Position numbers and translations under genes: made by a program
Source of the DNA: an uncultured Bacteroidales bacterium
GTDB taxonomy: Bacteria > Bacteroidota > Bacteroidia > Bacteroidales > UBA1402
Direction: 5' to 3'
Assembly: GCA_964472175.1 (NCBI GenBank)
Contig: CAYYJF010000001.1
Location: forward strand, 40,950-104,949
DNA length: 64,000 nucleotides
The notes under the pieces: generated by a model
What the model was told of the DNA's origin: nothing
The model's input: only the letters and a program-made list of their open reading frames with translations
The model's database searches: none
Shown: piece by piece, positions 50,292-59,577 of the stretch
Layout of the letters: each line of letters opens with the position of its first letter
Position numbering within the stretch: position 1 is the stretch's first letter

Positions 50292-51428
50292 ATGAAGTGG
50301 TTAAATTTCGTCGCCAGACAAAAAGATATGATTCGTCGTTTTCGGATGAACAAAGAGGATGAAATGGAAGAGTCAAAAGTGAAAATCCGATTTTTTGATT
50401 TTCATTCTACCTTCAATTTTAAATTGGTCTCACAATTGTCTGACCAAGCCTTGCTCGATGGAGCAATCGTTGAGAATCTTGATTTTTCTTATCCAGTTTT
50501 TATCCCGAAAAAAAGAAAGAATCAAACAAGTGCCATCATATTGTTGCACGGTTTGAATGAAAAAAATTGGGATAAATACCTGAGTTGGGCTGAATATTTG
50601 GCTTTGCACACGTCTAAACCGGTTATTTTATTCCCCATCGCATACCACATGAACAGGTCTCCGGTTTTGTGGAGCGACCCCAGATTTATGTCTATTCTGG
50701 TGGATAAACGCAAGATCGAAATGCAAAACAGCAAGTCTTTGTGTTTTGCAAATGTCGCATTAAGTGAGCGCCTGAGTGAAGATCCTTCTAGATTTTATAC
50801 TTCAGGCAGACAGACCGTTGAAGATCTACATCAGTTGGCTTTAACCTTACATGAAGGGAATCACCCGCTATTTGAAAAGGGTACTAAAACCGATTTTTTT
50901 GCGTATTCCATCGGCTCATTTTTGGCCGAGATTACGTTGATGATCAATCCAGATAAATTGTTTGATAAGTCAAGATTGTTTGTTTTTTGTGGTGGATCGG
51001 TTTTCAATCAAATGTTTGGGGAATCTAAGTTTATTATGGATAATATAGCATTTGAAAAACTGATGGATTATTTTTTAAACAGCTGGTCAAAGATTATATC
51101 CACCGATAAATGGTGGCATGATGCAACAAGCAAAGCTTTTAAAATGATGCGGCATTCGGATGAAGACAAATATGATCGTGAGCGTTTTTTTAAAGAAATG
51201 GGGAAAAGAATCAAAGGGATTTCATTAAAGCAGGATACAGTGATGCCATTTGAGGGGGTAAAAGCCTGTATGGGATTCAAAAATGCAAAAAAAAGATTCA
51301 GTGTGCTGGATTTTCCTTTTCCCTATTCTCACGAAGTACCTTTTCCGACCAATCCGCAGATTCCACCCAAATTGGTGAACCACTCCTTTGTTGAAGTGTT
51401 TTCCAAGGCGGCTTTATTTCTTGGATAA
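50292..51428 (+). CDS. Alpha/beta hydrolase-fold protein (DUF6051-like)
   Basis: LLHGLNE, nucleophile elbow AYSIG, DTVMP, YSHEVPFP; start uncertain. Confidence 0.65.
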   Translation: MKWLNFVARQKDMIRRFRMNKEDEMEESKVKIRFFDFHSTFNFKLVSQLSDQALLDGAIVENLDFSYPVFIPKKRKNQTSAIILLHGLNEKNWDKYLSWAEYLALHTSKPVILFPIAYHMNRSPVLWSDPRFMSILVDKRKIEMQNSKSLCFANVALSERLSEDPSRFYTSGRQTVEDLHQLALTLHEGNHPLFEKGTKTDFFAYSIGSFLAEITLMINPDKLFDKSRLFVFCGGSVFNQMFGESKFIMDNIAFEKLMDYFLNSWSKIISTDKWWHDATSKAFKMMRHSDEDKYDRERFFKEMGKRIKGISLKQDTVMPFEGVKACMGFKNAKKRFSVLDFPFPYSHEVPFPTNPQIPPKLVNHSFVEVFSKAALFLG

Positions 51429-51477
51429 TTTGGTAAAACCCATGTATTGTTTTACCTTTGGTTTAAATCATTGAATC

Positions 51478-51969
51478 ATGGACATTGGTGATATCCTTTT
51501 TTATGTAATCATTGGTGCATCTGCTGTGGGATCGATTGTGAAAAAGTTGCCGAAAAAAGCCGACAACGCTTCAAATGATGAATCGAAAAGCGTGCAAGAA
51601 AGTCCAATGAAAAAGATTCTGGAAGAAATTAACAAGTGGGACGACTATATTCCTTCTACTCCGAAACCCGCTCCGAAACCTCAAACTCAGAGCAGGCCAA
51701 TGGCACATCCCCTTGATACAAAGTCCACAAGCCAGGTAAACAAAAAAGAAACCACAAGAAAAAATGTGGAAGAGATGTATGTAACACCGGAAGAGGGAAC
51801 GCTCCATCATTCCGCGAATCTGGCATCTAATTTTTTCAATGAATCAGACCCTGAAAAATGTGGTGGAAATATCCTCATTGATTTGAGTGACGTTGATGAA
51901 ATGAAAAAGGCCATCATTTACAGCGAGATTCTGACTCCCAAATACGGTTTTTCTTCCAAAAACAGTTGA
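51478..51969 (+). CDS. Membrane-anchored hypothetical protein
   Basis: N-terminal TM helix, Pro/Lys-rich linker, C-terminal MKKAIIYSEILTPKY; own -7 box TACCTTTG at 51453-51460. Confidence 0.65.
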   Translation: MDIGDILFYVIIGASAVGSIVKKLPKKADNASNDESKSVQESPMKKILEEINKWDDYIPSTPKPAPKPQTQSRPMAHPLDTKSTSQVNKKETTRKNVEEMYVTPEEGTLHHSANLASNFFNESDPEKCGGNILIDLSDVDEMKKAIIYSEILTPKYGFSSKNS

Positions 51970-52031
51970 ATTTATTTTACGCAGTGTGGGTTATTTCATA
52001 CCTTTGGGACGTTTAAAAAAACCCCTAGTGT

Positions 52032-53516
52032 ATGTCTTTAAAATTTATATCCGCAGAGGAAGCTGCTTCTTATGTCCATAACAATGATCGGGTAGGTTTC
52101 AGTGGCTTTACGCCGGCAGGAGCCCCAAAAATTATTCCGAAAGCGATTGCAAAAAAAGCCATTCAGGAACATGAAGCCGGTAGGCCTTTCAAAATAGGTG
52201 TTTTCACCGGTGCCTCAACAGGTGATTCTTTGGATGGCGAATTGGCAAGAGCAAATGCGATTTTGTTCAGAACACCCTATCAATCGAATGCTGATTTAAG
52301 GAAAAGCTTAAACAGCCGTGAATCTCATTATTTTGACATGCACTTGTCTGCTTTGGCTCAAGAACTTCGTTATGGCTTTTTTGGGAAAGTGGATGTGGCT
52401 GTGTTGGAAGTCGCCGATGTGTCTGAAGACGGAGAATTGGTTTTAACCTCCGGAGTCGGGATTTCTCCAACAATTGCAAAATTAGCCGATAGAATCATCT
52501 TGGAATTAAATTCCAAACACCCGAAATACATCAAAGGTTTGCACGATGTTTACGAACCACTGGATCCCCCTTTGCGACGCGAAATTCCCGTTTATACGCC
52601 AAAGGATAGAATCGGTAGTGCCATTTTGAAAGTAGACCCAAAAAAAATTGTTGGTATTGTAGAAACCTGCGAAGATGACCAGGTTGGTGGTTTCTCACCT
52701 TCTGATGCGGTCACAGATGCTGTTGGACAAAATGTTGCCAAATTTTTGGTTCAGGAAATGGAAGCAGGACGGATCCCAAAATCATTTTTGCCCATTCAAT
52801 CTGGTGTAGGAAACATTGCCAATGCAGTCCTGGGAGCTTTAGGCTCAAATCCGGGTATCCCGCCTTTCTCCATGTACACGGAGGTGATTCAAGATGCAGT
52901 GATCGATTTGATGCGGTCCGGAGATGTTGAGTTTGCCAGTGGTTGTTCTTTAACCATTTCTCCTGCCAAACTGCAAGGCATTTACAAGGATTGGGATTTC
53001 TTCAAAAACAAGTTGATTTTGAGACCTCAGGAGATTTCAAACAATCCTGAAGTTGCCAGAAGAATGGGACTCATCACCATCAATACGGCATTGGAAGCAG
53101 ATATTTTTGGAAATATCAATTCTACCCACGTGCTCGGAACGAAAATGATGAACGGAATCGGCGGTTCTGGTGATTTTACCAGAAATGCGTATATGTCCAT
53201 CTTTACCTGTCCATCTGTGGCCAAAGGAGGAAAAATCAGTGCCATTGTTCCAATGGTTTCACACTTAGACCACAACGAACACTCCGTAAAAGTATTGATC
53301 ACCGAACAAGGTATTGCTGATTTGCGTGGAAAATCTCCCGTACAAAGAGCTAAAACCATTATTGACAATTGTGTACATCCTGATTATAGGGCAATGTTGA
53401 ATGACTATTTGGTAAAAAATAAAGATTCTCATACCCCGCATACATTAAGTTTGGCTCACAACATGCATCTGGAATTTCTGAAATCCGGTGACATGAGAAA
53501 TACAACCTGGGAATAG
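52032..53516 (+). CDS. Succinate/propionyl-CoA:acetate CoA-transferase (acetyl-CoA hydrolase/transferase family)
   Basis: SGFTPAG, QSGVGN, YTEVIQD, MMNGIGGSGDF, TEQGIADLRG; -7 box TACCTTTG at 51999-52006. Confidence 0.9.
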   Translation: MSLKFISAEEAASYVHNNDRVGFSGFTPAGAPKIIPKAIAKKAIQEHEAGRPFKIGVFTGASTGDSLDGELARANAILFRTPYQSNADLRKSLNSRESHYFDMHLSALAQELRYGFFGKVDVAVLEVADVSEDGELVLTSGVGISPTIAKLADRIILELNSKHPKYIKGLHDVYEPLDPPLRREIPVYTPKDRIGSAILKVDPKKIVGIVETCEDDQVGGFSPSDAVTDAVGQNVAKFLVQEMEAGRIPKSFLPIQSGVGNIANAVLGALGSNPGIPPFSMYTEVIQDAVIDLMRSGDVEFASGCSLTISPAKLQGIYKDWDFFKNKLILRPQEISNNPEVARRMGLITINTALEADIFGNINSTHVLGTKMMNGIGGSGDFTRNAYMSIFTCPSVAKGGKISAIVPMVSHLDHNEHSVKVLITEQGIADLRGKSPVQRAKTIIDNCVHPDYRAMLNDYLVKNKDSHTPHTLSLAHNMHLEFLKSGDMRNTTWE

Positions 53517-53517
53517 T

Positions 53518-54330
53518 ATGGATTGGTTGATGCTTTTAAAAGCGATCATAATCGGTATTGTAGAAGGAATTACAGAATTTATTCCTATCTCCAGTACCGG
53601 CCATATGATCTTGGTAGATTCATTTTTGGAACTTTCTGAAAATAAGTCTTTTACTACGGCTTTTGAAGTTATCATCCAGTTGGGTGCAATCGGATCAGTC
53701 ATTGTTTTTTTCTGGAATGATCTGTGGCCATTCAGCGGCTCAAAGGATAAACAGGCTGAGACATGGAATATTTGGCTGAAAGTCCTGGTGGGCGTAATGC
53801 CTGCTGTGGTACTGGGTTTATTCTTTAACGATTATATAGAAGCACATTTATTCAATTCGAAAGTGGTTGCGACCACGTTGCTACTATATGGAGTTTTGTT
53901 GATATTGATCGAAAAAATGCATGCCGGAAGTGGGAAAATTGACCGTGTGGCCTCCATTCCATACACATTGGCGATTGCCATTGGGTTGTTCCAGTGTCTG
54001 GCGATGGTGCCCGGTACTTCCAGGTCTGCCGCAACCATTATTGGCGCCATGCTTTTAGGTCTGTCCAGAAGTGCAGCAGCCGAGTATTCTTTCTTTTTAG
54101 CCATCCCAACCATGGCCGGAGCCACCTTGTTGACCATTGCAAAAAACGGGACCTCTTTCACCTCTTTTGAGTGGCTCGTGATTGGCGTTGGTTTTGTTGT
54201 TTCCTTTGTAGTTGCATTTGCTGTGATCAAGCTTTTTATGGGATACATCAAAAAACATGATTTTACGGTATTTGGCTACTATCGCATTGTTTTGGGATTG
54301 ATCGTGTTGCTCCTTTTGTGGAATAAGTAG
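53518..54330 (+). CDS. uppP: Undecaprenyl-diphosphate phosphatase
   Basis: VEGITEFIPISSTGH, IQLGA, PGTSRS, AAEYSFFLAIP. Confidence 0.95.
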   Translation: MDWLMLLKAIIIGIVEGITEFIPISSTGHMILVDSFLELSENKSFTTAFEVIIQLGAIGSVIVFFWNDLWPFSGSKDKQAETWNIWLKVLVGVMPAVVLGLFFNDYIEAHLFNSKVVATTLLLYGVLLILIEKMHAGSGKIDRVASIPYTLAIAIGLFQCLAMVPGTSRSAATIIGAMLLGLSRSAAAEYSFFLAIPTMAGATLLTIAKNGTSFTSFEWLVIGVGFVVSFVVAFAVIKLFMGYIKKHDFTVFGYYRIVLGLIVLLLLWNK

Positions 54331-54351
54331 CCCATTTTTAAAATAGTATTT

Positions 54352-54391
54352 GAAAAAAGCAGCGAATCATTTTGTAATCGCTGCTTTTTTC
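54352..54391 (+). terminator. Intrinsic terminator after uppP
   Basis: GAAAAAAGCAGCGA-12nt-TCGCTGCTTTTTTC perfect 14-bp stem including U tract. Confidence 0.8.
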
Positions 54392-54420
54392 GTATCATTG
54401 TGCCCCCTAATATAATAAGG

Positions 54421-54939
54421 ATGAGCAGATTTTATTTGATTGGGTACATGGGTGCCGGGAAAACAACTTACGGAAAATTGTTGGCCAAATCGTTGAATTT
54501 ATCTTTTGAAGATCTGGACGACTATATTGAAAAAGCGCAACAAAAATCCATTTCGGAATTGTTTGAAATACACGGTGAGGATGGATTTCGTAAGTTGGAA
54601 AGAGAAGCATTGAAAGGCATTTCCACTTTGGATAATGTGATTATCGCAACGGGTGGTGGCACACCTTGTTTCCATGACAATATGGAATTCATGAATAAGT
54701 CCGGAGATACGATTTATCTTCGAACATCTGTCAGGGAATTGCGCGATCGGTTAAAGATGTCAAAGTCAAAAAGGCCCCTAATTGCTGGTAAAAACCTCAA
54801 AGAACTAGAGCAATTTATTGCAGAAAACCTCGAAAAAAGGGAGCATTTTTATTTAAAATCCAAGTATATTTTGGACACAGATGATTTGAATTTGAACAAC
54901 ATCAAAACAAATTTTCTAGAAATTTTAGATAGAGCATAA
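54421..54939 (+). CDS. aroK: Shikimate kinase
   Basis: GYMGAGKTT, DLD, GEDGFR, ATGGG, RPL. Confidence 0.93.
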   Translation: MSRFYLIGYMGAGKTTYGKLLAKSLNLSFEDLDDYIEKAQQKSISELFEIHGEDGFRKLEREALKGISTLDNVIIATGGGTPCFHDNMEFMNKSGDTIYLRTSVRELRDRLKMSKSKRPLIAGKNLKELEQFIAENLEKREHFYLKSKYILDTDDLNLNNIKTNFLEILDRA

Positions 54940-54941
54940 TT

Positions 54942-56474
54942 CTATTGTCCCCATTTTTCTCTGTCCATTGCACGATATTGAATGGCTTCAGCAATGTGCA
55001 TTTGTTTTACTGTTTCATCACCACTTAAATCTGCGATCGTTCTGGCCACCTTTAATATCCTGGTATAAGCTCTGGCTGATAATTGTAGCCTTTGCATGGC
55101 TTTTTTTAGCAACGCTGTGCAATCAGAATCCAGTGTTACATAGGCATTCAGATCTGAAGAACTCATGTTGGCATTACAAAGCGTTTCGCTATTTTTATAT
55201 CTATTTGTCTGGATTTCACGTGCGCTGATAATTCTTTCCCGAATGGCATGACTCGATTCGCTGGGCTCATGTGCATTCATTTTTTCAAACGTGACAGGTT
55301 GAATTTCTGTTTGAATGTCAATTCTATCCAACAGAGGTCCGGAAATTTTGTTTTTGTATCTAAACCTTTGTCCTGGTGTACAAATACATTCCTTATTTGG
55401 ATGGTTGTAGTAGCCGCAAGGGCATGGGTTCATGGAAGCGACCAACATCATTTTTGCCGGGAATTCAACAGCATATCGTACCCTTGAAATGTGAATTCGC
55501 CCTTCCTCCAGGGGTTGTCGTAAAATTTCCAATGTGGATCGGTTAAATTCAGGAAGCTCATCCAAAAAAAGCACACCATGATGAGCCAAAGATATTTCAC
55601 CGGGCTGAGGCTTATTCCCTCCACCCGCCATGGCGATGGCGCTGATGCTATGGTGAGGGCTTCGAAAAGGTCTTTCCCTGATGAGGCCTGTTTCTGAACT
55701 ATACGTGCCAGAAATCGAGTGTATTCTGGTCGTTTCGATGGCTTCGTCAATGCCCATGGGAGGCAAAATGCCAGGGATGCAATTGGCAATCATACTTTTC
55801 CCTGCTCCCGGGGGGCCTATCATCAATATATTGTGTCCACCGGCACAGGCCACCTCGACTGCTCTTTTGATTTGTTCTTGTCCCCTTACGTCTGAAAAAT
55901 CCTGGTGTGTTTTATTTTTGAATGTGCGTGTTTTTGACTTATCAGGAGTCAGGGGGAGGAATTCTTGAGGGGCATGTAGAAATTTTCGTAGATTGATGAC
56001 ATGATCTATCCCGACGACTTGTATCCCTTCGATGATTTGTGCCTCCGGCGCATTGTCCAGAGGTACCACCAAAGTTGAGATGCCTAGTGTTTTTGCCAAA
56101 ATGGCAATGGACAAGACCCCGCGAATTGGTTTCACCCGTCCATCCAATGCCAATTCACCAACAAACATGCTGCTTTCTAAGCCGGAAGCGGGGATGTATT
56201 CTCCAGCGGCCATCATTCCAACCAATAAAGGCAAATCATATGCAGTACCTTCTTTCCTTAAATCGGCAGGTGACATATTGATGACAATTTGCTTCCTGGG
56301 AAAATCCATTCCATTCACTTGTAACGCTGAAACGATGCGTTCATGGCTTTCTTTTACCGCATTGTCGGGTAATCCGACCAATGAAAACCGAAAACCTCTT
56401 GAAATATGTACTTCGATTTGAACGGGCATAGCTTCTACTCCCTGAAGGGCAGCACTGGACACATTTACCAACAT
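54942..56474 (-). CDS. comM: YifB/ComM family Mg-chelatase-like AAA+ ATPase
   Basis: GLPDNAVKES, GPPGAGKS, PFRSPHH, FLDELPEF, NPCPCG, SGPLLDRID. Confidence 0.9.
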   Translation of the reverse strand: MLVNVSSAALQGVEAMPVQIEVHISRGFRFSLVGLPDNAVKESHERIVSALQVNGMDFPRKQIVINMSPADLRKEGTAYDLPLLVGMMAAGEYIPASGLESSMFVGELALDGRVKPIRGVLSIAILAKTLGISTLVVPLDNAPEAQIIEGIQVVGIDHVINLRKFLHAPQEFLPLTPDKSKTRTFKNKTHQDFSDVRGQEQIKRAVEVACAGGHNILMIGPPGAGKSMIANCIPGILPPMGIDEAIETTRIHSISGTYSSETGLIRERPFRSPHHSISAIAMAGGGNKPQPGEISLAHHGVLFLDELPEFNRSTLEILRQPLEEGRIHISRVRYAVEFPAKMMLVASMNPCPCGYYNHPNKECICTPGQRFRYKNKISGPLLDRIDIQTEIQPVTFEKMNAHEPSESSHAIRERIISAREIQTNRYKNSETLCNANMSSSDLNAYVTLDSDCTALLKKAMQRLQLSARAYTRILKVARTIADLSGDETVKQMHIAEAIQYRAMDREKWGQ

Positions 56475-56526
56475 AGGCATATATTTATGCCTCAAAAATA
56501 ACAAAAAAGAAATAAAAAAGAAACTA

Positions 56527-57204
56527 TTAATTCCTTTTATTTGCGCCTGTTCGAATTTGATTTGCCATGTTTGAATTCGCTGCCTCCCCTTTCAATAAAT
56601 CAATCAATTCGATGGTAATGGGATCGAAATCGTGGTAGAAAAAATCTTGAATGAGCACAACGCTGGCCAGTGCATTTGTATGATCGAGAATATATTCCTT
56701 GGCTTTTTGTTTTAACAGCAAATTGATTTCAATGAGTCGGGTCAAATCGGTTTTGCTGGCGTAGTCGAAGTCAGATATTAAATCCAGTCGTTCTTTATAT
56801 AATTGATGAATGGAATTCTTAAATTTTTCCAAATCGTTGTTTACATCACCTCCACGTATGGAGAGCAAATCAACATAGTTTATGTCTCCTTTGATGTTGA
56901 TTTTATCACCAGGTGCTCCAAATAAGGTCGTCCATTTTTTTTGTTCGACAAATTGAATGGAAATGGGAGTGGGGTTTTCGTTTACAAGAATGTCAAAATC
57001 AAAAATGCCTTTGTTGTTTGACATAATGGTATCAAAACAGCGAATCTGACCCGCATCGAAATAGGAGACAACAATCACCGTTTGTCCAAGATTGTCAATT
57101 TGACCCTGAACAGACACATTTTTCTTGGTTTTATCTGTGTTGCAACTGGACAAAACAAGAATCAACATACAAACGAATGATGTTATTTTCTTCATCAACC
57201 CCAT
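56527..57204 (-). CDS. DUF4369-like lipoprotein
   Basis: Lipobox LSSC; helical C-terminal part (AKEYILDHTNALASVVLI). Confidence 0.55.
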   Translation of the reverse strand: MGLMKKITSFVCMLILVLSSCNTDKTKKNVSVQGQIDNLGQTVIVVSYFDAGQIRCFDTIMSNNKGIFDFDILVNENPTPISIQFVEQKKWTTLFGAPGDKINIKGDINYVDLLSIRGGDVNNDLEKFKNSIHQLYKERLDLISDFDYASKTDLTRLIEINLLLKQKAKEYILDHTNALASVVLIQDFFYHDFDPITIELIDLLKGEAANSNMANQIRTGANKRN

Positions 57205-57447
57205 TAAAGTGTTAATAAGTGTGAAAGTACGAATAAATCAAATGCAATCAAAAAAAATCGCCAATTTTTAAGCAGTTTTCATTCAAATGATTAGAGATAA
57301 AAACGACCCAAACGTTTAGTCTCTGAATTATATATGGTCTTTTTTATTATTTTTGATCAAAATACACGTTGTTTACACCTTGTAAAAAATGATAGAATTG
57401 ATGAAGGGCCTGAATCACCAATTTTCAATAAACTTCAATGATTTTAA

Positions 57448-58431
57448 ATGATGGAAAATCGAGACATTTCAGTAGGAATTGATATTGGTGGCACAAACAC
57501 AGCCTTTGGGATCGTCGATGAAAACGGCCTTGTCTTGTTGAAAGACTCCATGAAAACAGCCACGCATGGCAATGCTGCACAGTTTTTGAGTGATCTTGCT
57601 TATCGGATTCATCGATTATTGGAACAAATGGAGCAAGATGGGCTGGTTTACCGTTTGGTTGGCATAGGAATGGGGGCGCCCAATGCCAATCATTACACTG
57701 GTTCCATCGAAAATGCACCCAATCTTTCTTTCTCTGGAATTGTTCCGATCAAGGACATGATGCAACAATTTTTTCCAGCGGATTTGCCCATCGTTGTTTC
57801 TAAAGATGCGAATGCGGCTGCCTATGGTGAATTGATGTATGGTGGAGCCCGTGGGATGAAGCATTTTGCCATGTATACTTTGGGCACCGGGGTAGGTAGC
57901 GGATTGGTTGTAGATGGCAAAGTTGTTTACGGGCATGACGGATTTGCCGGAGAGTGCGGGCACACCACCATTGTGCCTGAAGGAAGGAAATGCGGCTGTG
58001 GTGGCTGTGGACATTTGGAGACATATTGTTCTGCATCCGGAATGAAGCGAACGGCTTTTGAGTTATTATCCAAAGACCATGCCAGTCAAAGTCAGTTGGC
58101 AAACTATTCGCTCAAGGCGTTGGATTCAAAAATTATTGCTGAAGCCGCATTGATGGGTGATGCTTTGGCCATTGAAGTCTTCAACAAAACGGGTTATTGG
58201 TTGGGCATTGGTTTGGCCAATACGGTATGTCACATCAGTCCTGAGGCCATTTTTCTGTTCGGAGGACCGACTGCTGCCGGTGATTTGTTGATTAATCCCA
58301 CAAGGGAAAGCTTGGAACGGCATCTTCTACCGAATTATCGGGGTAAAATTCAATTGTTAACGTCTTCGCTCCATCCGGGCGATGCGGCCATTATTGGAGC
58401 AGCGGCTATGGGCCGATCGATGGTTTGCTGA
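57448..58431 (+). CDS. ROK family sugar kinase (glucokinase-like)
   Basis: GIDIGGT, TLGTGVGSG, AGECGH, CGCGGCGHLE zinc motif; no N-terminal HTH. Confidence 0.88.
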   Translation: MMENRDISVGIDIGGTNTAFGIVDENGLVLLKDSMKTATHGNAAQFLSDLAYRIHRLLEQMEQDGLVYRLVGIGMGAPNANHYTGSIENAPNLSFSGIVPIKDMMQQFFPADLPIVVSKDANAAAYGELMYGGARGMKHFAMYTLGTGVGSGLVVDGKVVYGHDGFAGECGHTTIVPEGRKCGCGGCGHLETYCSASGMKRTAFELLSKDHASQSQLANYSLKALDSKIIAEAALMGDALAIEVFNKTGYWLGIGLANTVCHISPEAIFLFGGPTAAGDLLINPTRESLERHLLPNYRGKIQLLTSSLHPGDAAIIGAAAMGRSMVC

Positions 58432-59569
58432 TGTTTTTTCGAGTTGCGAAACATAAAAAAAGAATACCCAAAACTGCTGAAATAAAGGAACCAAACAAAA
58501 TTGCGATTTTGGCATCGTTTACCAATTGTATGTCATCAAAGGCCAAAAGTGAGATGAAGATTGACATTGTGAAACCAATTCCACCCAATAAGCCTGCGCC
58601 CAATAGGTGTGACCATTTGATGTCCTGGGGCAATTGACCCCATTTAAAGTATACGGCGATGGCCGTCAATAGAAGAATTCCTAAAGGCTTTCCAACAATC
58701 AAACCTAACATGATACCAGTGTTATGTGGTTCAGCCATGCCATCAAAGACATTGCCATCAAAAACAATTCCAGTATTTGCTGCTGCAAACATGGGAAGAA
58801 CAAGAAATGCAATTGGCCAATGTAAATGGTGTAATACTAGTGAAGATGGGGTCTTTTCACCACCGTCTCTAAATGGGATGGCAAAAGCCAATAATACCCC
58901 GGAAATGGTGGCGTGTACTCCAGATTGCAAAAATAGGAACCACATGAGAATCCCACCGATGATATAAGGCAATAAATGGTTCACTTTGAGTTTGTTCAAC
59001 AACAATAAAACACAGAAAACGGCCAAACCCAAAAACAGATATGTCCAGTAGATGGTTTTGGTATAAAGGAACGCAATGATTAGAATGGCCCCCAAGTCAT
59101 CAATCACTGCCATCGCAATTAAAAAAACTTTCAGGGAAGCCGGAATGCGTTTTCCCAACACAGATAGAGCTGCAATTGCAAATGCGATGTCTGTGGCCAT
59201 TGGTATCCCAAACCCATGATCTGTCGCTGTTCCATAATTCAGGGACATATAGATAAGAAATGGCCCCAACATACCACCAACTGCCGCAAATAATGGTAAA
59301 ACCGCATTTTGTATTTGTGACAACTCTCCCTGATAAAATTCCCTTTCAAGCTCCAGTCCTATCATCAGGAAAAAAAGTGCCATCAGGCCATCATTGATCC
59401 AATCTGTGAGGGTGTGGTGTTGGATTTCCACATTCCAAAATGCAGTATAAGAATTGCTTGATGGAGAGTTGGCCATAATGAGTGAAGCAACTGTAAACAA
59501 CAAAAGTAAAATACCCCCTGCCTTTTCACTCTGTAAAAAACGCTTGAAATAATGCGTTAAATAAATCAT
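58406..59569 (-). CDS. nhaA: Na+/H+ antiporter NhaA
   Basis: WINDGLM, ATDIAF, AVIDDLGAI, GKPLGI, GIGFTMSIF. Confidence 0.95.
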   Translation of the reverse strand: MIYLTHYFKRFLQSEKAGGILLLLFTVASLIMANSPSSNSYTAFWNVEIQHHTLTDWINDGLMALFFLMIGLELEREFYQGELSQIQNAVLPLFAAVGGMLGPFLIYMSLNYGTATDHGFGIPMATDIAFAIAALSVLGKRIPASLKVFLIAMAVIDDLGAILIIAFLYTKTIYWTYLFLGLAVFCVLLLLNKLKVNHLLPYIIGGILMWFLFLQSGVHATISGVLLAFAIPFRDGGEKTPSSLVLHHLHWPIAFLVLPMFAAANTGIVFDGNVFDGMAEPHNTGIMLGLIVGKPLGILLLTAIAVYFKWGQLPQDIKWSHLLGAGLLGGIGFTMSIFISLLAFDDIQLVNDAKIAILFGSFISAVLGILFLCFATRKNISKPSIGP

Positions 59570-59577
59570 TCGTTGTT

